The notes under the pieces: model-generated
Told to the model about the DNA's origin: nothing
The model's input: the letters and a program-made list of their open reading frames with translations, nothing else
The model's database searches: none
Part shown: positions 58,080 through 64,000 of the stretch, piece by piece
How the letters are laid out: each line of letters begins with the position of its first letter
Numbering within the stretch: the stretch's first letter is position 1
Program-made: the position numbers and the translations under genes
Origin: Candidatus Omnitrophota bacterium
GTDB lineage: Bacteria > Omnitrophota > Gorgyraeia > 2-01-FULL-45-10
NCBI GenBank assembly: GCA_026387175.1
Contig: JAPLME010000006.1
Coordinates: 108,078 to 172,077 of the forward strand
Direction of reading: 5' to 3'
Length of the DNA stretch: 64,000 nt

Positions 58080-59188
58080 GATTTTTTAGAGTAGAACTCC
58101 TCTATTTTACTCACGATGTATCCGCGCTCTTGGGCCGTCATCTCCGGATAAACGGCTATCGCGAATGTCGTATTGCATGCGCCTTCGGATTCGGGGAGAT
58201 CGCCCTTCTTATAGCCGAGGCCCCTGTAACATTCCTGCAGATGAAGCGGAACCGGATAGTACGTCCTCGTCTCAATTCCGCTGTCTATCAGGAATTTCAT
58301 GAGCTTTTCGAGGCCGTCTTTGACGCGCAGCACGTATTGATGATATGTATGCACATTATGATCCGGCACATACGGCAAAGCGATCGGCAGACCTTTTAAC
58401 TCTTCGCTGTAATGCGCGGCGTTATTTCTCCTGGCTTCAAGCCAGCCGTCGAGACGCCTGAGCTTCACCCTCAATACGGCGGCCTGCAGGTTATCGAGTC
58501 GGGAATTCATCCCTATCTCGGAATGGATATATCTCCGGGCGCTGCCGTGTACTCTCAGCATCCCGATCCTCTCCGCGATCTCCTTATCATCGGTGACTAC
58601 CATACCGGCGTCACCGAACGCGCCAAGGTTCTTGCTGGGGAAGAAGCTGAGCGTCCCGATATCTCCGATCGAACCGGCCTTCCTGCCCTTATACGTAGCG
58701 CCTATGGCCTGAGCCGTATCCTCTATGACCTTCAATTTGTATTTCCCGGCGATGACCATTATCGGGTCCATATCGGCGCACTGCCCGTAAAGATGGACAG
58801 GGATGATCACCTTTGTCCGGGAAGTTATGGCCTTCTCTATCGATCGCGGATCAATATTATAAGTCCTGGGCTCAATATCGACAAATACCGGTTTCGCGCC
58901 GAGGAGCGATGCCGCCTCCGCGGTGGCAAAAAATGTGAATGGCGTGGTTATCACCTCATCGCCGGGGCCGATATCCAGCGCCCTGAGGGCCAATATCAGC
59001 GCATCCGTTCCGGACGCCACACCGACAGCATATTTTGAGCCGCAATATTCGGCAATCTCTTTCTCCAAGAGACGACCTTCCTCGCCCAATATAAAGTCCT
59101 GCCTCTCTATGACCTTTTTCAGGACCTCCTCTACCTCTGACTTGATGGACCTATATTGCCCTTTAAGGTCCAGTAACGGAATCTTCAC
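58067..59188 (-). CDS. DegT/DnrJ PLP aminotransferase (WbpE/FdtB-like)
   Basis: SGTDAL, VHLYGQ, EDTAQA, SFFPSKNLGAFGD, NSRLD. Confidence 0.9.
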   Translation of the reverse strand: MKIPLLDLKGQYRSIKSEVEEVLKKVIERQDFILGEEGRLLEKEIAEYCGSKYAVGVASGTDALILALRALDIGPGDEVITTPFTFFATAEAASLLGAKPVFVDIEPRTYNIDPRSIEKAITSRTKVIIPVHLYGQCADMDPIMVIAGKYKLKVIEDTAQAIGATYKGRKAGSIGDIGTLSFFPSKNLGAFGDAGMVVTDDKEIAERIGMLRVHGSARRYIHSEIGMNSRLDNLQAAVLRVKLRRLDGWLEARRNNAAHYSEELKGLPIALPYVPDHNVHTYHQYVLRVKDGLEKLMKFLIDSGIETRTYYPVPLHLQECYRGLGYKKGDLPESEGACNTTFAIAVYPEMTAQERGYIVSKIEEFYSKKSCAV

Positions 59189-59289
59189 TTTCTTACTCTC
59201 CTTTGTTCATTAATTGTCCGGTATTACTGTCGGATACTGCCCGTTTTGCAGTCTTTAATGCGGCATATTCCATAATATATTAGTATAAT

Positions 59290-59318
59290 ATGTTACTATA
59301 AACGGCTCTTTTTAGCAA
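59290..59318 (-). promoter_or_regulatory. Possible sigma70 promoter TTGCTA-17-TAACAT in 182-bp intergenic gap
   Basis: Minus strand TTGCTA (59318-59313), 17 nt, TAACAT (59295-59290); AGGAG RBS before GTG 59188. Confidence 0.4.
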
Positions 59319-59370
59319 GCATAACGCACGAAGGGCTTTGTCAGGATAAATACAGGTTTTTGGGCTATGC

Positions 59371-60663
59371 CTAATGCAGATAGGCAGGCCTATCGGGCCC
59401 AAAAAAGGCGGGCATGACCGCCGACAGCAATCTGTCCAACGCCATAAAAGCGAATACCAGCACGAAAAATATGGCAGGGATGAGCATCCTGAAACCGTAA
59501 TTATGAACGGTTGTGGTCAGAACGAGCGATCCATAATAGCAGAATATATACAGATGCACGGAGACTTCCCAGATCTCCCACTTCTCGCGGTTCCTGATAT
59601 GCAGAAATAGATATGTAAAGTAGCCCGCCCACATGGCCATCCAGCGAAGGCGCGGACCGTACGATCCCGCCAGAAGGCTTGGCAGGTAGCCGAGGCAAAA
59701 CAATACCTTTTTAAAGTAGAACTGGAAGAAGAGGCCCGGCTCCTGCCTTATATACTCGACATAGTTGACTATTAATTTATCGATATGCAGTTTCGTGTAT
59801 AATAAATTCCCGGCCACTCTCGACAGGTCGACGGATGACGGTATCGGATGAAAATTTCTTAAGCCGTCTATGGACGACATGTTCGTCGGCAGAAAAATAA
59901 ATTGTTTAAGGAACAGGTAATTCCGTATTCCCAAAAATGAAGATCCCGCGATAAGCGCCAAGGCAAATATCAATAAATTCCTGTAGCCCGCCCCTCCTCT
60001 CTTGACGTAATATAACGCGACAAGAGGCATCAACGCGATCCCATATACAAATATATTCGGACGGGTCAGGATGGACAGCCCCAGTAAGAACGCGGCCATG
60101 ATCTGCAGGAATAGGTTATCTTTCTCAAAACCTTTAATGAAGCAAAAGAAAAATAGCGCGACCGTAAAGAGGGCGAGATTTTCGCTCAGCAGTAAAGGCG
60201 AATAATTTTTGTAAACATCCTTCAGCGCAAAGAAGAACAAGACGCAGAGAAATAAGATGCCTGTAAGGCCCCTCATCTTATCCCGAAAGGTCCAATAGAC
60301 CAGCGCCACGGAGAACCCCAGCATAAGGTGCTGCACGACAAAGATGGGCAGGCTCTTCTCTCCGAATATCACCAGGCATAGGGCGATAAAATAGTTATAC
60401 AAAAAACCGGCGGGACTGCAATAGGCCGATATCGCCGAAGGCATAAGCATGCCATTATGTTTTATATCTAAAGCATGCTGAGCGTATATGCCCCAGTCAT
60501 CCCCGGTAGCGTTAAGGATGCTTTCAAAGCTTTTGTAATCGTAGTTTCGCGTCAGGGATAGAATGAAGAATACTGCTATAAAAGATATGGCGAGAATGGT
60601 TCCGGCGCGTTTTGTGCAGCATAAATCCAATAGATTATCTATCAGCGTGTATGCCTTACGCAT
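59371..60663 (-). CDS. Multi-TM GT-C fold glycosyltransferase (ArnT/PMT_2-like)
   Basis: GDD...Y, LLSEN, LTRPN, RNY, terminal GFRML.P; many TM segments. Confidence 0.65.
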   Translation of the reverse strand: MRKAYTLIDNLLDLCCTKRAGTILAISFIAVFFILSLTRNYDYKSFESILNATGDDWGIYAQHALDIKHNGMLMPSAISAYCSPAGFLYNYFIALCLVIFGEKSLPIFVVQHLMLGFSVALVYWTFRDKMRGLTGILFLCVLFFFALKDVYKNYSPLLLSENLALFTVALFFFCFIKGFEKDNLFLQIMAAFLLGLSILTRPNIFVYGIALMPLVALYYVKRGGAGYRNLLIFALALIAGSSFLGIRNYLFLKQFIFLPTNMSSIDGLRNFHPIPSSVDLSRVAGNLLYTKLHIDKLIVNYVEYIRQEPGLFFQFYFKKVLFCLGYLPSLLAGSYGPRLRWMAMWAGYFTYLFLHIRNREKWEIWEVSVHLYIFCYYGSLVLTTTVHNYGFRMLIPAIFFVLVFAFMALDRLLSAVMPAFFGPDRPAYLH

Positions 60664-61456
60664 AACGGCTGAGCAGCTCTTCCCTCTTCTTTACCAGCAT
60701 TTCAGGGCTCCCGATAAGATCCGTTCCGCTCCAGGCGTCGGAGCAGTGCCGCTTAAGATACTCATATTTAATATACCCATAACCTTTGTCTCCCCACCCC
60801 TGGCTCCATGAATTCTTGAACTTGAATATCTTATCGGAGTCATCATATCCCATAATACATATGGCATGGCCGCCCTGCAGTTCATCGCGCGATTTCGGTA
60901 TAGGTATAACTCCGGTCTTTGAAACTTTATCCGTAAACCAGGACGCGAATACATCCACTCCCGCGAGGAACGGCCCGTTGACTACGAGGCTCCGCTTCAT
61001 ATCCTGTACGGAATTCAATCTCGCGTATGCCTTTATCACGTAGGTCTTCGCGGCTTTATCGGCTCCGGGCTTACAGGCGTCTTTTTGGTGGGGCCGGTAC
61101 GGCCAATAGGATTCGGGAGAGACGCCGTATTTCAACAGCATCTTCATGGCAACTCTGGGATACGTTCCTTCTTCGCCTGGTATGCCGTCATTGGCCTTAC
61201 ATAAATTGTAGAGATAGCGAGGAGAGAGCTCTATGTCCTTCCGGTATTCTTTGGTATCCTGGTATTCTTTCACCCCTACAACGCTCGCGAACGCGACGCA
61301 GGTACCTTCATCGCCCTGATCTCTTACGGCAGTCATTTCCTTTGAGTAATCAACTTGGGCGGGCACCTTTATCGGCGGGAGAACCAGCCCCATCGGGATA
61401 TCGCGCAGGTCCTTTCTGTCCTTGAAGCAGCCTAACTTATATGGTTTTATCGGCAC
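60656..61456 (-). CDS. C1A (papain-like, xylellain-type) cysteine peptidase
   Basis: [14 protein letters not shown] (Gln, Cys), [10 protein letters not shown] (His), KNSW..WG..GY (Asn). Confidence 0.9.
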   Translation of the reverse strand: MPIKPYKLGCFKDRKDLRDIPMGLVLPPIKVPAQVDYSKEMTAVRDQGDEGTCVAFASVVGVKEYQDTKEYRKDIELSPRYLYNLCKANDGIPGEEGTYPRVAMKMLLKYGVSPESYWPYRPHQKDACKPGADKAAKTYVIKAYARLNSVQDMKRSLVVNGPFLAGVDVFASWFTDKVSKTGVIPIPKSRDELQGGHAICIMGYDDSDKIFKFKNSWSQGWGDKGYGYIKYEYLKRHCSDAWSGTDLIGSPEMLVKKREELLSRYA

Positions 61457-62403
61457 GGGCTCTTGTCTTTTATGGATATGAAATAATCTATGGTCCTTGA
61501 TAACCCTTCTTCAAGACGGATCTTCGGCGTCCAATTCAGGATCTTTTTGGCCTTCGCTATATTCGGCCGTCTGACCTTCGGGTCATCGACCGGAAGCGGC
61601 ATATATACGATCCGGCTTTCTGAATCTGTCAGTTTAATTATAACCTTGGCAAGCTTTAAAAGCGACATTTCGTTGGGATTGCCGATATTAACCGGGTCGG
61701 ATTCTTTTGACATTAAAAGTTTATATAAACCGCCAACTAAATCTGAAACATAGCAGAAGCTTCTCGTCTGCTTGCCGCTACCGTAAACGGTTATAGGCTT
61801 ATTTTTGAGCGCTTGACTGATGAAATTAGGGATCGCGCGGCCATCTTCTTCCCTCATCCGCTCGCCGTAAGTATTGAATATACGCACTATCCTGGTATCG
61901 AGCTTATGATATCTATGGTAAGCCATCGTTATCGCTTCGGCAAAACGCTTGGCCTCGTCGTACACGCCGCGTGGGCCTATCGGGTTTACATTACCCCAGT
62001 AACTCTCAGGCTGCGGATTTATGAGCGGATCGCCGTAAACTTCGCTCGTTGAGGCCAGCAGAATCCTGGCGCCTTTCGCCTTCGCTAAGCCCAGCGCATT
62101 ATGAGTTCCTAGAGAGCCGACTTTCAAGGTCGGTATCGGGTATTTCAGGTAATCTATGGGACTGGCCGGGGAAGCAAAGTGCAGAATATAGTCTATCTTG
62201 CCTTTGATATCAATATATTCGGAGACGTTATGCTTAATGAACTTGAAGTTCAGATCCTTCATGTGGTGCCTAATATTTTCGACCTTTCCGGTTATAAGGT
62301 TATCCATGCATATAACGTTGTAACCCTTTTCCAGAAACAGGTCGCATAGGTGCGAACCGATAAAGCCCGCGCCGCCTGTAATGAGCGTTATTTTTACTCT
62401 CAT
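61447..62403 (-). CDS. UDP-glucuronate decarboxylase (UDP-xylose synthase)-like SDR
   Basis: [49 protein letters not shown]. Confidence 0.9.
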   Translation of the reverse strand: MRVKITLITGGAGFIGSHLCDLFLEKGYNVICMDNLITGKVENIRHHMKDLNFKFIKHNVSEYIDIKGKIDYILHFASPASPIDYLKYPIPTLKVGSLGTHNALGLAKAKGARILLASTSEVYGDPLINPQPESYWGNVNPIGPRGVYDEAKRFAEAITMAYHRYHKLDTRIVRIFNTYGERMREEDGRAIPNFISQALKNKPITVYGSGKQTRSFCYVSDLVGGLYKLLMSKESDPVNIGNPNEMSLLKLAKVIIKLTDSESRIVYMPLPVDDPKVRRPNIAKAKKILNWTPKIRLEEGLSRTIDYFISIKDKSPCR

Positions 62404-63383
62404 ATATTACCAAACCATTCGACCGTGCGCCGCAAGCCCTCTTTGAAACCGATGATATTCTTTATCTTTAAGAGACGCTTCATCTTCGATATGTCGGCGT
62501 ATGTCTTGCGGACATCCCCTCTCCTCTTTGGCGCATGTTTGGGCTTTATCTTTGTCCCCAATATCTTATTGAGCTCGTTCACGATATCTATGATAGATGT
62601 AGTCGTGCCGCAAGCGACGTTGAATACCTCTCCCGAAATACCCGGAATTACACAGGCTCTCAGATTTGCCTCGACTACATTGCCTACATACGTGAAATCC
62701 CGTGATTGTTTACCGTCCCACTCCACAATAGGCGATCCGCCCTTTGCCATCGTGAATAAAAATGCCGGGATAACGGCGGAATACTTGGAATCCGGATTCT
62801 GCCTCGGACCGAACACATTGAAGTACCTTAAGGACACGGTCTCTAAACCGAATGTCCTGGCAAATGCCACGCAATAATGCTCGGCGGCCAATTTAGCTAC
62901 ACCGTAAGGTGAGATAGGAGCCGGAATGTCGGTCTCTCTCTGCGGAAAATGCTTCGCGTCACCGTATGCGGAGCTTGATGAGGCATAAACTACCCTCTTA
63001 ACCTTGTGATCGCGCGCAGCAACGAGGAGGTTCAGCGTGCCATGGACGTTGATGTCATTCGTCGTAAAGGGATCATCGACCGATTTCGGGACCGACCGCA
63101 AGGCCGCCTGATGTATGACGTAGTCTACGCCCTTCAGGGCCCTGTCCAGGTCTTTCCTGTTTCTTATATCGCCCTTTACTAGTGTGATCCGCGTCAAGAA
63201 AGGCTTCAGGTTCTCCATCTTGCCGGTGATGAAGTTATCGAGGACGACTACCTCGCCGACTTTAGGGACAGTCCCCACCTTGTGAAGACTACCGTCTGGG
63301 GACAGTCCCTTCCGCCGGACTAGTTCCTCTACTATATTAGAGCCTATGAAACCCGCGCCGCCTGTAACGAGATATTTAGCCAT
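62400..63383 (-). CDS. UDP-HexNAc(A) 4-epimerase-like SDR (WbpP/TviC-like) carrying an in-frame palindromic insertion
   Basis: [48 protein letters not shown]. Confidence 0.88.
   Translation of the reverse strand: MAKYLVTGGAGFIGSNIVEELVRRKGLSPDGSLHKVGTVPKVGEVVVLDNFITGKMENLKPFLTRITLVKGDIRNRKDLDRALKGVDYVIHQAALRSVPKSVDDPFTTNDINVHGTLNLLVAARDHKVKRVVYASSSSAYGDAKHFPQRETDIPAPISPYGVAKLAAEHYCVAFARTFGLETVSLRYFNVFGPRQNPDSKYSAVIPAFLFTMAKGGSPIVEWDGKQSRDFTYVGNVVEANLRACVIPGISGEVFNVACGTTTSIIDIVNELNKILGTKIKPKHAPKRRGDVRKTYADISKMKRLLKIKNIIGFKEGLRRTVEWFGNI
63264..63310. repeat. REP-like double palindrome (2 x GGGACAGTCCC) inserted in frame in the epimerase gene
   Basis: AGGGACAGTCCCCA-19 nt-TGGGGACAGTCCCT; arms pair 13/14; each core is itself an 11-nt odd palindrome. 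Confidence 0.75.
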
Positions 63384-63387
63384 AGTT

Positions 63388-64000
63388 TTATAATTTGATT
63401 ATGTTGCTCCTATCCTCAACGCTTTTCAGAATATTTCTGGTATCCACTATCAATTTCGAATTTTTGACTATGAAGCCGTAATCTACCTTCGTGTGATCGG
63501 CAACAATCACGACGCAGTCAGCGGACTTAAACGTCTCTTTCGAGAATTTCGCGCATTTGAGATTAATGCTATGTATCTTAAGGTACGAAAAGAATGGGTC
63601 GTAATATGAAACATCCGCTCCCTTTTTGACCAGCATCTCTATTATCTCAAGCGCCGGGGATTCGCGCAGGTCCTTAACGTCCTTTTTATACGCGACTCCG
63701 ACCACAAGCACCTTCGATCCCTTAAGAGGCTTCCTATGTTCATTCAGGCCCTCGGCCACCTTCGATACCGCGTAATGCGGCATCTCGGAATTGACTTGAG
63801 AGGCGAGATCGATGAAGCGCGCCTCGAATCCATGCATCCGCGCCTTCCACGATAAGTATATGGGATCGATCGGGATGCAATGGCCCCCGACGCCCGGGCC
63901 CGGATAAAACGGCATGAAACCGTAAGGCTTCGTCTTAGCGGCGTCGATGACTTCCCATGCGTCTATCTTCAGCTTATCGCACATGAGTAATATCTCGTTT
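63388..64000 (-). CDS. UDP-HexNAc 6-dehydrogenase (WbpA/WbpO/WecC family), C-terminal part; 5' end beyond window
   Basis: PGPGVGGHCIPIDP, GVAYKKDVKDLRESP, YDP, DTRN; frame open to the edge (NEILLMCDK). Confidence 0.9.
   Translation of the reverse strand, partial: NEILLMCDKLKIDAWEVIDAAKTKPYGFMPFYPGPGVGGHCIPIDPIYLSWKARMHGFEARFIDLASQVNSEMPHYAVSKVAEGLNEHRKPLKGSKVLVVGVAYKKDVKDLRESPALEIIEMLVKKGADVSYYDPFFSYLKIHSINLKCAKFSKETFKSADCVVIVADHTKVDYGFIVKNSKLIVDTRNILKSVEDRSNIIKL

Noticed and set aside
59283-59303. Possible third copy of the GTTTA-N8-TAAAC operator (GTATAATATGTTACTATAAAC)
   Set aside because: Left half and spacer resemble operator 1, but the right half-site is out of register (N11).
1-64000. 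RiPP or antibiotic cluster interpretation of the radical SAM/SPASM genes; CRISPR, tRNA/rRNA, transposase
   Set aside because: No precursor peptide, RRE, PKS or NRPS seen and the context is glycan synthesis and export; no repeat-spacer arrays, RNA-gene signatures or transposase ORFs found by eye.
1-64000. Taxonomic assignment (style suggestive of an uncultured anaerobe such as Omnitrophota/PVC)
   Set aside because: No marker gene in the window; impression only, needs a homology search.

Overview
The window lies inside one very large bacterial surface-glycan (O-antigen/capsule/glycoprotein-type) biosynthesis locus. It holds about 57 densely packed genes, all on the minus strand, many with overlapping stop/start codons, and both window edges cut through genes. 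The standout feature is the load of tailoring enzymes: 10 cobalamin-binding radical SAM enzymes (one at <1..983 is missing from the ORF track), 3 twitch/SPASM radical SAM enzymes and 12 class I SAM methyltransferase domains. These are interleaved with an ulosonic-acid toolkit: a short NeuB, two KdsC-like phosphatases, four CMP-ulosonate synthetase domains, a KdnA/KdnB-like aminotransferase/Fe-dehydrogenase pair and three orphan GT-B-like proteins. GT2/GT4/GT-C transferases, a Wzx flippase and an MsbA/PglK-like ABC exporter are also present. Reading the DNA directly gave two further signals. First, two near-consensus sigma70 promoters are each followed by the same GTTTA-N8-TAAAC inverted repeat, one of them in front of a GbsR-family repressor gene. 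Second, a GGGACAGTCCC double-palindrome (REP-like) element is inserted in frame inside an NDP-sugar epimerase. No RNA genes, CRISPR arrays or transposases were seen. All functional calls come from motif recognition only; no database searches were run.
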